Below, piece after piece: positions 29,905-43,761 of a DNA stretch of 64,000 nucleotides. The notes under the pieces were generated by a model. The model did not search any database. It saw only the letters and a list, made by a program, of their open reading frames with translations, and was not told where the DNA came from. How positions within the stretch are numbered: the stretch's first letter is position 1; the number at the start of each line of letters is the position of its first letter. Source of the DNA: Eledone cirrhosa (taxonomy: Eukaryota); the NCBI GenBank assembly GCA_964016885.1, contig OZ024743.1:151652001-151716000 (forward strand). The letters run 5' to 3'. The position numbers and the translations under genes were made by a program.

Positions 29905-30123
29905 GTCAATGGAAATTTTTGAGGCAAGCCAACATGCTTGCAGCATTACCGTGGGTGATGGTGAGGTTAAGGCGCTGGAACAACCAGGCACCCTCACAGG
30001 CATCACCTGACACCAGTATTTTAAGATTTTATTCAATTCGGCAACAAAAGCAGCGACCCTCACATTTACCATGGCATTTATGATGTGGGAAGGAGCAAAA
30101 GAGTCACTGACTGTGACATCCTG
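29905..30123 (-). mobile_element. 3' fragment of a CRE-like non-LTR retrotransposon (restriction-like endonuclease C-terminus), internally deleted
   Basis: Minus strand DVTVSDSFAPSH...AAFVAELNKILKY, then frameshift to GDACEGAWLFQRLNLTITHGNAASML. Confidence 0.7.
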
Positions 30124-30212
30124 TGGTTGTTATTGTACAATCATTTCTCTCTCATTTTCTTAAAGACTCCAATTGCATTTTAAAATTATTTTTCCTATAT
30201 TTTTACCCATGT

Positions 30213-30258
<46 letters not shown>

Positions 30259-30343
30259 TTACTTTCAAATATATATATATATATGCAGTAAACCAACATT
30301 CCAGGCAGCAGACTTGGCAATTGATGTGATATAATCATTCCAG

Positions 30344-30442
30344 CTCAAATCAGTGGAGGATAAGATCACCATACTAATGGAAAACAAAAGTGGTTCTCTA
30401 TGGCCATTAAAAGATTTCAGTTTAGTCTTAGAATCATTAAAG
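30344..30442 (+). CDS. Candidate phase-0 coding exon LKSVEDKITILMENKSGSLWPLKDFSLVLESLK
   Basis: taatcattccag| 99-nt open frame |AAG gtaata; product not recognised. Confidence 0.35.
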
Positions 30443-31671
30443 GTAATATGCCACTTCTTTCTCCACTCAACAACAAATTGAAGGTCATATCCAAGATCAG
30501 CTGCTACTGTATATTGTAAACTTATTTAAGATAATAGGGTGAAGATTGAAGAAAATTTGGTTGCTATAGCTAGCAAGCTCAGCGAAAGGCCTAGAAACAA
30601 GCTGCTCTTGGGATAAGTAACGTATTTGGAGCTATAGATCTGTGGATTACACTTTGTCATTTGCTAAACTACCTATGTGCCATGAATCTGTTCAATGAAG
30701 CCTGACCTTCGCCTGTTACGTAACAAGTTGGAAGACAATAAGGCTTGGTACTTTCATCAATAACATCCAAAAGACCTGTAGGAAGGTGGTAAAGAGGCAG
30801 AGTCATTAGTTTGCAGTATTTCTGCAGCACTCTCAGTTCAAATCCTGTTGGGATCCTCTTTGTATTTTATACTTTTGGGTTGATAAATACCATTCCATTA
30901 GTGGATTAGTGGGATTATTAGAATGATGGATGGGATGCCTCATAGTATTTGTTCTGGCTCTATGCATTCTGAGTTGAAAGTCCACCATTTATCACCGAAA
31001 AAAAAGCTTACATGATAGAACAGGAACCTCTATCATTAAATCCTCCTAGAAACTGCCTATGAGGTTACACCTCATAGGAGACCAGTTAAACCTAAGCAAG
31101 TGTGAACCATAACAAATGATCTGAAAGTGTATACATATATGTGCAACTGAAAACCAGACCACATTAGGACAAATCCGGAGATACTGACTTCTCAGATGAG
31201 CCAGGGGCCCACATCTCACATACATTCCTGCACTGTACAAAGTAAAATAAGCATATTTTATCATGGCACTATCACTAAGGAGGTTGTTATGTCTTTGACA
31301 GAACTGAAGTGTCCTCTTTACACTTTGTTTGACAGGTTTTCTATAGTTGGATGTCCTTCTGATTACCAGCCACTTTACAGTGTGGACTGGGACCATTTTA
31401 TTATGTCACCAACACTAGTGTTTGTTCACCCATTTTTTGCATGGTTTCTACAGCTGGATGCCATTCTTATCACCAACCAACTTACAGAGCATACTGGGTG
31501 GATATTGTCTGGCACTAACACTAGAGAGGTAATCTGAAGCATCCTTGGAAAATAATGTGTGATTTGAGGGAAATGTGGCTGTTACTTCTAGCAGAATTTC
31601 TCTTGTTGGGTCATTTAAGAGATTTACTTATAGATTGAATAGTTTGGCTTTTTGATGTATGATATGATGAT

Positions 31672-33668
31672 AATAATAATGAAATTATTGTGTACAGTGC
31701 TCAGGTGCACTACAACTCATCAAAGGTGCATGTATAGTACATAGAATAATATACAAATGTCAGGAAAATGAACAGTGTATGAGTCATGATATACACACAG
31801 AATATCAGGTGTAGTGTTGGCGAATTTTGAGAAGCATGGAGGTTTTGAAAGATGCAGTGTCCCGACAGCTAACAACTTATGCAGGTAGTTTGTTCCATGC
31901 TTCAGCAAGAAATACATGTGTGCGTGTGTATGGAGGGGGGACATCAGGTGTAGTGTTGGCGAATCTCAGGGAGCATGGAGGTTTTAAAGGATGCAGTGCC
32001 TTGATAGCTAATAACTGATGCAGTAAGTTTGTTCCATGCTTCAGCAACTCTGGGCATGAAAAAATGTTTCCGAAACTCATGGGAGCTGTGCTGTTTTCTG
32101 ACTTTGTAGGCATGCCACGTGTGTTAGACACATGGAATTCAAAAAGGTGTTCAGCGTTGTTGTTGGCAAGATGGTTAATAATTTTGTGGGTGTTTACCAA
32201 GTCAGTTGCTAGACATCGGAGCTTCAATGTATCCATTCCCAGGGAAGCAAGGCGTTCAGAGTATAGTAGGCCTGATGGAGGGTATTCAGTTGGCTGCATG
32301 TCTCTGAACAGTTTCCAGGAGGTCAATGTTCTGAGCAAGATAGGGGTTCCAGACTGGTGATGCAAATTCTAAGTATGGCCACACCATAGCTATATATATA
32401 GCTTTAAATAGATAGCTGGAGAGCGGCTGACAAAGGTCTTGCTGAGTGATGCTAAGACACCCTCGGCCTTCTTGACAATTTTAGAGATTTGCTTCATCCA
32501 ACGCAAATTGCTGGTGACAGTAATGCCCAGGTCGCGTTCACAAGAAGACTTCTTGATATTAGTGTTGTGGGGGGAGTATGTGGACGCTGGGTTTTTACTC
32601 CCAAAATGCATGATGGTACACTTGTCCACAGCCAACATGAGTTTCCAGTCTAGGATCCATTGTTGCATTGTGTCCAGGTTAGATTGCAGGAAAGATCTAT
32701 AGTGTTCAGGATCTGTCCTTTTTATCTCAAGGTACAGCTTGATGTCATCTGCATATTTCAGTACTGTGGCATTCTTTAAGTTGGCATCTATGTCATTAAT
32801 ATATGCAACAAACAAAATGGGGCCAAGAACAGATCCCTGTGGTACACCAGATGACATCTCATACGGTGAGGAATGCTGTCCTAGAATTGTGCCTACCTCT
32901 CTTTGACTGAGAATAAAGGACTTCAACCAGTTAAAAACATCATCCTTCACACCCATTGCAGAGAGTTTTGCCATAAATCTTTTGTGTGGCACAGAATTGA
33001 AAGCTTTAGCAAAGTCAAGGTAAAGAACATTCACCCATGAGCCGCCATCAGTGATCCGGGTGATGTCTTCAAGAAACTCGATAAGTTGATCACAGCAGCT
33101 AGAGTTAGGGATAAATCCAAATTGCGAGGGTCGGATAAGACTGTGAGAGTTCCAAAAGTTCCAAAGTGTTTCTCTGACACAGGATTCCATCAGTTTGGCA
33201 ATGCAGCTAGTAAGACTGACTGGATGATAGTTAACAGGTGATGTGCAGTCACCCTTTTTGAACAGAAGAATGACACTGGCAGTTTTCCACTGCTCTAGAG
33301 TAGCACCGTTGTTCAGACAGAATTGGAAGAAGCATGATAGCTGGTGCAGAAGAAAGTACCCACAACGTTTGAGAAGCAGGAACGTAACACCATCAAGATC
33401 AGGAGAGGTATGGTTGTGTTTATTTTTAAGGTGGCATCGCAACATTGCAGGTGTAAATTTCATAGTTGTAATAGAATCTGATGTCAGAGGTGGTGGAGAC
33501 GGTACACTCTGGTCTTCAAGAATGAAAATGCCTGCATAACATTCAGCAATGAGTTCTGCACATTCCTTGGGGTCGTCAGTAACCTGGCTTGTGTGGGGAT
33601 TGCGAAGAGGACCAACTGGAGAGTGAGGCCTCTGCTTTGAGTGAACCTACTTCCAGAACACCTTACTG
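31672..33668 (-). mobile_element. 5'-truncated CR1-clade LINE with a duplicated 3' segment and (ATT)n tail
   Basis: RT ORF plus frameshifted C-terminus (YSERLASLGMDTLKLR); 3' block repeated at 31804-31908 and 31944-32047. Confidence 0.9.
32390..33463 (-). pseudogene. Reverse transcriptase domain of the CR1-like LINE (fragment)
   Basis: Motifs NYHPVSLTS, QFGF, YLDFAKAFNSVPH, GVPQGSVLGPILF, KYADDIKLY, ERDLGI. Confidence 0.92.
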
Positions 33669-34870
33669 GTTTGAATAAAATTTAATTAGATATTACAGGA
33701 ATTTTTTTTATTACAGTTTAGTTAAGGAAGAAAGGTTAGTACCCATGGCCGTTTTCAGGGTCTCTGGGAGTGGTGGAGGAGGAAGGAGAAAGGTATCCTC
33801 AAACCAGAGACCTGCTCTAAATGCTTGCAACATGGTGAACTCTACTAAAGGCACCAAAGAGCCAGTTTTGGTGTTTTAAGCCAAGCAACCAATTAAGTCT
33901 ATATCAGTGTGTTGTTATTTAAAATCAGGTCAGTCTATATACACCAGATCTATAATCAAGGTCATTCCAGCCATGACCATCCACTTTTTCCACATATGCA
34001 GTGTATCTTAAACTACATTATCCAATTTGTCCTTTTTTAAGATAGTAGGCTGTGATCTAGGGAGATTTGGCTGCTATTTATAGCAGTTCACACGACCAAG
34101 AAGAGGCTTCTGTTTCCTCTTGTCAGAGTATGTATGTGTTTGATTTAGTATTTTGCCACTTATATCTGTTTATGTTAAAAATGTTAATGATAAACGCAAG
34201 ACACATGCAATACCAATAACCTTAGACCTAAAATACACACACCTGCACATACACACACACATATGTATATATTATTAAAAAAATAAATAACGGTTAAATT
34301 CACTATACATTTATCGTTTATTTCAGGGTGTCAGCATTTTCACTACACTTTTTGTGACTCAATCACTGACACAATTTTATTATATAAGTTGTAACAAAAA
34401 ATGTTGACAACATTAAAAGAAATGATAAATGTAAAATGGATTTTAAAACCAATCCTGAAAGCACTCATGATTCTATAATGAAAACTACTTGTTTTAAAGT
34501 GCTCATATTTAAATTTAAACCTTCCATTATAATTTTATATAGGAACCATTTCTGAAGTTATGTTTTAAACATAAACTTTTTAACAGGAAAATAAGTTATT
34601 TACTAAATTTCTTTAAATTTTTGATTATTTTAAAAATTAATTGAAAATTATAGACAGTACATTATTTCCTTAGGAATATGGCTATAAAGGTGTTAAGAGA
34701 TCTTGTTATTTTTTAATGTCTAAAATAACACTTCATTGATGTAATTGCTAAAAAATAAAAAAAATAAATATTGGCACAAATAAAGACTCTAAACTAACAA
34801 GATAAAGATATAAAAATTGGTGAATTCTTGATTTAAGATAAAAATAACTGAAATCTTATGGTGGAGCTAA

Positions 34871-35150
34871 TCATCATCATCATCATCATCATCATCTTCG
34901 TTTAAACATCCATCTTCCACGCTAGCATGGGTTAGATGGGAGTTGTCCCTCTTGAGGCAAGGTAGGTCGAGTGACCGTGTCTCGCTCATATAGGACTATC
35001 TGGCAGGTTTTCGACGGCTGGATGCCCTTCCTAACACCAACCACGTTTACAGTGTGGAACTGGGAACTTTTTACCGCGTTACCTACACAACCACATTACA
35101 GCGTGGACTGTGTTTTTTTTTTTTCTTTTTGTCGTGACACCTACATGATC
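34871..35150 (-). mobile_element. Family C element
   Basis: Reverse complement of 51770-52030; (CAT)n tail. Confidence 0.8.
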
Positions 35151-36084
35151 TCAATCTCATTATCTCATTTATTTGGACTGGTTGTTGTGGTACCAACGTT
35201 ACAGAGAGAGGGTGGTGTTGGTGGGAGTGGGAGGATAGGGTAGGGGTAGTGGATTGGGGTGTATATTTGGCTATTAAAATGGTTGAATCATTTGTTACTA
35301 TATTTCTAATGAAAAACATAGCCTGTGATTTTCAAATAATTTTGAAAATTAGAATGCACAGAGCAAAACAGATATCACAAAGCTACAATTGTACCAATCA
35401 GCCACTTCTGGACTGGTACTTTATATATCAACCCTCAGTTCAGAGATCCGGGGAGCCAGAATAAATACTGAGATATTTAATCCAATGCTCTAACAGCTCT
35501 GCCAATTTATTAATTAAAATAAACAAGCTAAAAATCAATAAGGTTACAAAATGGGAACCTCATTAATATCTTTAGACTGAACAGATATTTTGAAATGCTT
35601 GCAATAAGATATTTATAATAACATGAGATAACTTAGAAGTAATATACAAGAAACCATTCTTTATTTATTAGTATGATGTAAAGTCATTTGAAATGAAGAA
35701 ATTAACTGAAATCACAAGACAGTTCAAATTACTTACTATCAGTTACAGGAAACCTTCACATTACAAACACATTTAAATTTTACATATTAATTCAATTAAT
35801 GAGCTAGTCAGCAGAAGTAACACAATGCCCTTGTAAGTTTCCCCAGACTTATGAGGTTAATATAGTTGATATTCATCTTAAATTTCTATCTGCTTCTTGA
35901 TAAGGAAAAATATGGGAATGAAAGTTTGGGAAAAGAGTTCAATAATGACCAGCAAGGGGAAACAGTAAAGATGAGGAGAGTGAAGATGTATTTCATAATA
36001 TGCTGTTGGTAGGGTCAGATGAGCAGTGACAGTTGTAGTAGTGGTAGAATGAACAAATAATGGAGAAAGTGTATCATAATTGTC

Positions 36085-36385
36085 ATTATCTTTTTATCTT
36101 TGCTTTCCATGTTGGCATGGGTTCGACAGGTTTTCACAGTCTAAGATTAGTTAGGTTGGAACAACCCCATCTTGCGGATATATTCTATATTTGGTATGCT
36201 TTCTATGCCTTGATGCCCTTCCTAATGCCAACCACATTACAGAGTGCACTGGATGCAAAATTCATTGCACCAGCACAAACACTTTACAGGGTGTACTGGG
36301 TGCATTTTATCATGGCACTATCACTAACTCTTTACAGGGTGTACTGGGTGCATTTTATCATGGTACGAGCACTAGAGAGGTTATC
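36085..36385 (-). mobile_element. Family C-like element with internal ~42-bp duplicated units
   Basis: GATGCCCTTCCTAATGCCAACC and two CTTTACAGGGTGTACTGGGTGCATTTTATCATGG units. Confidence 0.7.
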
Positions 36386-36439
36386 ACATGCTAAACATGA
36401 CTGAAGAATCTTCTCAAACCCTTTACTGTCTCCAATCAT

Positions 36440-37227
36440 CTAATCAGTTATCAAATACTGTAGCCCCTGTACTCTCACCATGTTTTATTGTTACAATGCT
36501 TGTATTGGTGGATGGTTCTTATAAGTATGGTACATTGCTGGACAGTCAATCCTTTGTTATCTCCTTTGTGATGTTCAGTTTCATAAAGCCATTCTTCACA
36601 TATTTGTTCCATGTCTTTCCTGGTCTCCATCTCCACTGCAAGTGCTCGGCACTCTTTTTATACAACTATCGCTCTCCTTCCATATCACAAGACCATACCA
36701 GTGCAATCATCTCTCTTGCATGCTAAATTGAATTCATCTTATGTTCACTTATGCTTTGTTGTGCATGCATGCCCATTTCTTTCTAGCCCCCAGAAATCTT
36801 CTGCACTCAAAGCCCACATCTCACTGCAGCATTGCAGTTCAAACATATGTATCATGTATAATTCAGTGAACCTTCTGAACTTTTGAAAGAATTCATTACT
36901 TGAGTACTCTGACTGCTCACTATTTCTGTGCATCTGCCATATACAATCTATTTTTCCTGTCATCCTACATTTGACCCCACAACATCTCTAGTATGTCCAC
37001 AATCTACATTGGATACACCATATGGAATTCTTACCTACTCCTTTTCTACACATTAAACCCAGCCATTTTTTTGCTGGTAGCAGAGTCCTATTCTTTTTTC
37101 TCCTGACTAAAACTTTAGTTTTTGCTAGATTTACTTTGAGGCCCTTTGTTTCCAAATTTTGCTTCCATGTTTGAAACTTCTCTAGTTTCATTGCTTTAGT
37201 TATGAGGGCTAGATCATCAGCATAAGT
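36440..37227 (-). mobile_element. Degenerate RTE-clade LINE fragment
   Basis: YADDLALI...ETKGLKVNLAKTKVL...CRKGVGKNSIWCIQCRLW, then QER*LHWYG and RPGKTW motifs. Confidence 0.8.
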
Positions 37228-38511
37228 ACAGCATATTAGTGGGATAAGGTTAATGAAATGTTAGTCATTGAAAGTTTGTCTATCAGACAGATGGTCTTAT
37301 TTGGATGCAGTTTTTATTTCTATCTGCATGTATGTGTTTATGAGGATAATACATTGAAGAATAGATATAGAATAAAACTCTATTTACAAATTAAATTGTC
37401 ATTGGTGTATGTATGTGTGTGTATGTGTATGTATGTATGTATGTATGTGTGATATAAATTAACAATAAAAAGCCCATAATTTCTGAGTCTTTATTTTATT
37501 TTGTCAGAAGCCATCATTTTTAGTCATAAATCAATGTTTAGTGATGAACCCCATTACTCAGTGATAATTCCCCATTACTTACTTATAAATCCGTACTGTT
37601 ATAAACCATCATTGTTTAGTCCTAAATCACCATTGCATAGTTATAAACAATTGCTGCTTAGTCATAAAGCTTCATACTACCATAATATTATTGAGTTTTG
37701 TTAAAGGTTGCAGAAAGTAAATAGTAAAGAGAAAAGGTCAACTATTTCCTGTGCATAAATAATATTATGAGAAGATACAAAAAGGATTTTTGTGAATAGT
37801 ATATACTATTTGACTTTTAGCAAGACTACCAGTAAACTTTATGGATATGCTACATGGTGGTTGACAGACCATGTTTATATTTGGTGAATATTAAGTAAAT
37901 AAAAAATAAAATATATTTAAAATAAGTTACAAGGATTATAAAGATACTAAAAGAGAGAGAGACAGCTCAATATTAAGATTGAGAAACATTACTAGAAGTC
38001 TTGAAACGCTAGTAAAATTTAGAAGATTTGCATTTCTGCACCTTTCTGCATGTTTTGATCCTTGAGACTTAAAGTTCAAATGCTTCAGGTAATTATTTTT
38101 TCTAAACCTTTACTTGATTTACCATAGCTGTTTTAATGTTGACACATTAATGAATGGAAATGTTTCCCTCAATATGCACCTTCCATTTGCATTCTATAGC
38201 TGAAACAGAAAAGTCACTTTTATATCAACTAAAATCTGTGATGCCCATTTTGTAATCTATACTTTAAAGATGTTCCCAGCTACTTTACTTTTTCTTTTAG
38301 TTTGATCAATTAACAGCTTGTGCGCACCATACGATGGTCAGATATATCAAGAGTGTTAAGAACAGTGCTGTCTAATATGCTTAGTCTTTCTAAAGATTTT
38401 CTTGCTAACATAAAGTCTACTTGATTCTTAGTTATACTGTTTGGTGATATCCAAGTAAACAGGTTTTTCTATTGAAATATTGTGTTGATGATCTGTATAT
38501 TGTTCTTCGTA

Positions 38512-38740
38512 CAAACTATACAGTCATATAAAAAGATCAACTCATGGTGTGAGTAGGTTATGCCTGGAAGGAAGGTTGGCAGGTAGGAGAAGCAGAGGTT
38601 GGCATCCAAAACGCTGGCTTGATAATGTCAACCTATGGGCTGGACTTGATCTTGGCTTTTTAACTCTGCTGTTGTTGATCAAACTTTGTGAAGAAAAAAT
38701 TTCATGTTGATGTGCAGTCTGCAACTGGTGGAGTTTAGTG
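38512..38740 (+). mobile_element. 3' end of a second RTE-like LINE (copy 1)
   Basis: LEGRLAGRRSRG.HPKRWLDNV; homologous to 58325-58552. Confidence 0.7.
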
Positions 38741-38970
38741 TCAAAGTAGTATAACAGCTTTTAAACAATTAACTAGTGCTCAACATTCCTTAATAGCTAA
38801 CATTACACATTGAAGAATCATACTGAGTTTATCTGAGGGCACAAATAAATTGCTATGGCTGTCACTTGTGAAGCCCCCCCCCCCCACTGCAGGGTGCCCA
38901 GGACAATTGTCTCCGTTGCCAGTTATTAAACCTGGCCCTGCCCCATTGTGCTCACTTCTCTTTCTAACTC

Positions 38971-39066
38971 TACATTTACCAGATTCATAAAGAAACAATA
39001 GACTCTCTTCTTTCACAGTTTCCTCTAGTGCAAGGAATCCTATCAAAGGCCTATTTTCTACATTGA
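38971..39066 (+). CDS. Candidate terminal coding exon IHKETIDSLLSQFPLVQGILSKAYFLH*
   Basis: Branch-point-like CTAAC and tttaccag acceptor followed by an open frame; no recognised homology. Confidence 0.22.
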   Translation, partial: YIYQIHKETIDSLLSQFPLVQGILSKAYFLH

Positions 39067-39525
39067 TAAATGCAACAGAAAAGAATGTTTTTGCTAAGAA
39101 CTTCTCTCAGAAATATTTCATCTATAACTCCACAACATTCATTTACATGAGTTACTATGTACCAATTTCTCTTTGGGTGGTCGCTTCACTTGTTAGAAAA
39201 AGTAAACCACACCTTGGCATCTTAAAAAATGTACAAATTGGATAATATAGCTTGATGTAAACAATGCCTGAAAACAAATGACAGAATGGTCATGGCTGGA
39301 ATGTCTTTGATAATAACTCTATGATGCTAAACAACAATAAACATTAACTTCTGAGAATTCTTTCAGTCTATCAAAAAGATGAAAAACATGAATTAAGCAT
39401 TAGCTTTGGTATAGGTTGCTTGAACAGGGTAAATCTAACATTTTCTCTGACCTAAGAAGACTTGTAATGAGGTTATAAAACCTGAGCTTGCACAATTACA
39501 CCCCTTGAAGGGGATCTCTGGCGTT

Positions 39526-41149
39526 ATGCAGTAATACAGAAGACCCATCTTCCCATGTGCTTGGGCTGAAGCATACATCTAGTATGAACCACTTACCCTT
39601 CTTCCATACACCTCCTATGTCATAACACTCCACCCACGTCATAACACTCCACCCATGCCCTAACACCCCCACACTCATCCACGTCACTACACTCCCACAC
39701 TTCACCAAATAAGCCCCCCCCCCCCATAATCCCCAATTGTAAAGTGGTTGTTTTGGTGCCATGACAAAAAGCACCCAGTTCACACTGTAAAGTGGTCAGG
39801 TAGGTGTCACAACAAAAAGCACCCAGTTCACACTGTAAAGTAGTCATGTGGGTGTCACAACAAAAAGCACCCAGTACACACTGTAAAGTGGTCAGGTAGG
39901 TGTCACAACAAAAAGCACCCAGTTCACACTGTAAAGTGGTCAGGTAGGTGTCACAACAAAAAGCATCCAGTCCACACTGTAAAGTGGTCAGGTAGGTGTC
40001 ACAACAAAAAGCACCCAGTTCACACTGTAAAGTGGTCAGGTAGGTGTCTCAACAAAAAGCATCCAGTCCACACTGTAAAGTGGTCAGGTAGGTGTCACAA
40101 CAAAAAGCACCCAGTTCACACTGTAAAGTGGTCAGGTAGGTGTCTCAACAAAAAGCACCCAGTTCACACTGTAAAGTGGTCAGGTAGGTGTCTCAACAAA
40201 AAGTACCCAGTACACACTGTAAAGTGGTCAGGTAGGTGTCACAACAAAAAGCACCCAGTTCACACTGTAAAGTGGTCAGGTAGGTGTCTCAACAAAAAGC
40301 ACCCAGTACACACTGTAAAGTGGTCAGGTAGGTGTCTCAACAAAAAGTACCCAGTACACACTGTAAAGTGGTCGGGTAGGTGTCACAACAAAAAGCACCC
40401 AGTTCACACTGTAAAGTGGTCAGGTAGGTGTCACAACAAAAAGCATCCAGTCCACACTGTAAAGTGGTCAGGTAGGTGTCACAACAAAAAGCACCCAGTT
40501 CACACTGTAAAGTGGTCAGGTAGGTGTCACAACAAAAAGCACCCAGTTCACACTGTAAAGTGGTCAGGTAGGTGTCTCAACAAAAAGCACCCAGTTCACA
40601 CTGTAAAGTGGTCAGGTAGGTGTCAACAAAAAGCACCCAGTTCACACTGTAAAGTGGTCAGGTAGGTGTCACAACAAAAAGCACCCAGTTCACACTGTAA
40701 AGTGGTCAGGTAGGTGTCACAACAAAAAGCACCCAGTTCACACTGTAAAGTGGTCAGGTAGGTGTCACAACAAAAAGCACTCAGTTCACACTGTAAAGTG
40801 GTCAGGTAGGTGTCACAACAAAAAGCATCCAGTCCACACTGTAAAGTAGTCAGGTAGGTGTCACAACAAAAAATGTACCCAGTACACACTGTAAAGTAGT
40901 CATGTGGGTGTCACAACAAAAAGCACCCAGTACATACTGTAAAGTAGTCAGGTAGGTGTCACAACAAAAAGCACTGAGTTCAAACAAAAAACACCCAGTT
41001 CATACTGTAAATGTGGTTGGTGTTAGGAAGGGTATCCATTCATAGAAACCAAGCCAGAAACATTTCTGTACAAGCAAAACATGGTCATCTGATCTGGCTT
41101 GTCTCACAACAGGACAACTTGTCAAACCCATGCTAGCATGGAAAAATGG

Positions 41150-41182
<33 letters not shown>

Positions 41183-41183
41183 C
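39526..41183 (+). mobile_element. Family C element carrying an expanded minisatellite
   Basis: Same head and tail as 4076-4520. Confidence 0.85.
39738..41010 (+). repeat. 48-bp minisatellite, ~25-26 copies (CACAACAAAAAGCACCCAGTTCACACTGTAAAGTGGTCAGGTAGGTGT)
   Basis: Head-to-tail near-identical units with no spacers; 16-aa periodicity in the ORF track. Confidence 0.95.
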
Positions 41184-42017
41184 TAGAAACATAAGTCAAA
41201 TACCAAATGTCTCAAAAATATATAACGTATTGGTAGAAAATTTATTCTATTCAAAACATATGGAAGAACTATTTATTAAAATTATGTAAGTTTTTCCTTC
41301 CATCTACTTTAAGAACTCTTGCTAAAAAGTATTGTATACTATATTGTTTCAAATAAATATTATTGTTATTTGTAACTAAATAAGTTGAATATCATAAACA
41401 CAAGGGAAGACAACAGCAATAACGAAATATCAAAGAATAACACTGTTCTAGTTTTACTCAAGCTTCCTCAAATAGTTTTAACAAAATGTTCAGAGATAAG
41501 TCTATAATTTAGAAATTATGTAAGTTTTCCATATAAAGTATAACTCTTTCTAATATATGTTGTTTGCTTCTTAACAGATATAAGAAATGTTTATAAATGA
41601 ATTCTAAAGATATCTTTTAATGCAAATATTTACTTTTGTTTCAAATTTTATTTAAAACAAATTCAATTAATGCTTGACTGAATTCAATATAGAACAACAG
41701 GCAAGAAATGAAGAATGAAACTGTATATAAAATACATGCATAGAATTTTTAAATGCATGGATTTTCTTAAAATCTTATTAAGCTGATGTAACAAGCACAT
41801 ATAATCAATTTAGCTTATATCAGGCAATTTCTATTGGAAGTTTTGCCCCCTCAAATTAATCAAGATTATGCATTCTTTTTACCAATAGAAATCACTGTGT
41901 CACCAAACTTCTCTGATATATAATGCTAATATATTCCTTGTAATTATATTTTCAATTAGACTATTTTTTATTTTTGTATTTCAACATGTATACACAGATA
42001 GACTGTAGAAATGTTAC

Positions 42018-42053
42018 CTTCTTCTGCAGAATTAGCCCATTCTTATCATATTT
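42018..42053 (-). CDS. Candidate 36-nt exon KYDKNGLILQKK
   Basis: tctttcaatag|...AAG|gtaaca; only phase 0 is open. Confidence 0.3.
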
Positions 42054-42973
42054 CTATTGAAAGACATTGATTATGATTTTAAAATCATTTTGAAAATGGT
42101 CAAGAATTTGAGGGGTTTAGTAAAATAACTAACTTTCTCATTATTAAGCTGATGTGTGGAGCAGTTCTTACAGAAGTTCTTACATAATTTTATGATGGGA
42201 AGGTTTTAGATAAATATAAACATCATTAAATAAACAGCCTTGTATCATAGAATCAAAGGCAGCTTGGTGATGAAAGGGTTAAAAAGCATCTCAACATTTC
42301 TGCTGATATACAAGACTTAGCGTAAAGACCTCCAAAATAACTGGTTTCAAACATTACTGAACCATACAATATACCAAACATTGCTTGGAAATTGTATTGA
42401 TTATATTGCTTCAGTTTTCTTTCAATACATCCTTGGAAAAGGAAAATGTTTGACTGAAAAATAACAGTTCTTATGATTATTTTTTCTTTTTAGTTTAGTG
42501 TCATTGATGTTTATTTTGAAGGCTAATAGATGGATAGAAATATTGTACAGACACTGAATAATAACAATGTAGTCAAAAGCAGAAATAATTGGAAAAAAAT
42601 CTTTAGCACATTATTTGAAAAAGGAAGACAAAATGTGTGAGTATATATACATGTATGTATGTGTGTGTGTTGGCGCATGTTCTTACTGTTTAGCTTTAGG
42701 TCAGCCCTAGCCAACCAGGCATGTGATCAAAGGTATTTGAGCCATGATCAGCCTGTTATTTTAGCTATAGATTGTTTCACAAACTACATTATCCAATATG
42801 TTCTTCATTTCTTTTTAAAGAATGTGCTGGCACATTAGCAGAATCATTAGAACATTCAATAAAGTGCTTCACAGTATTTGTTCTAGCTGCCTGTGTGCTG
42901 AGTTCAAATCCTGCTGAGATTAATAAATAAAGCACCAGTTTAATCAACTCTTCCTCTATATCTCTTTCTCAAT

Positions 42974-43073
42974 TCATCTCTCATACATCAATACACATCA
43001 TCTCTCATACATCAATACACATCATCTCTCATACATCAATACACATCATCTCTCATACATCAATACACATCAT
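42974..43073 (+). repeat. 24-bp tandem repeat x4 (TCATCTCTCATACATCAATACACA)
   Basis: Four perfect units. Confidence 0.92.
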
Positions 43074-43761
43074 ACATGACTCAGTCCTTGGCTGGATGTG
43101 CAGAGTAATTTGAGAGCGATTTGGCTGCTATTTCTAGCAGGATGATTATCTACATAGAAGCTCATTTATTGACTTATCAAAATATTTGTGCATGTGTGTG
43201 TGTGTGCACATGTGGTGTGTTTTTGTGTGTATGCATGTGTGATGTACTTCTGCGTGTGAATGAATATGTGTGTATACATTTTAATGAAGTGTATACCTCT
43301 CTAAGTGTGACAAAATATAAGGCTAGCACATCATGAGGATTTAAATAGAAACAAGGGAGTGTATTGCAGAGTGCAGAGTGGAAATGCATCTGAATTTGGC
43401 AGGATTAAAACTCATTTCAGCTCTTTGAGTTTTAATCCTGCCAAAGTCAACTTTCAAGGTCAAATAAAAAAAAAAGTACCAGTCTCTCACTTGCCATCCT
43501 TCTTTGCAAGAAATCTGGTGTGTTCAAACCTGGAGAGGAGATGGGATTTTTTTATGGGATCTTTTTCTGATATTTTGGTTTGATATTAATGAGAAAAGGA
43601 CCAGTTGAGGTGAAAAAAAAAAATTTGTGTTGTAATGTTGTTATGAAATGCTAGCTCAGTTTTTGTAGTGGATGAATATCATGGGAACCAAGTAAATGTC
43701 AACATCATTTAGACGATGCCAATGGAATATTTTCCATATCATACAAATAAATATATATATA

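Noticed and set aside
39738-41010. CRISPR-like array
   Set aside because: Units are contiguous with no unique spacers, there are no cas genes, and the array lies inside a eukaryotic retroelement
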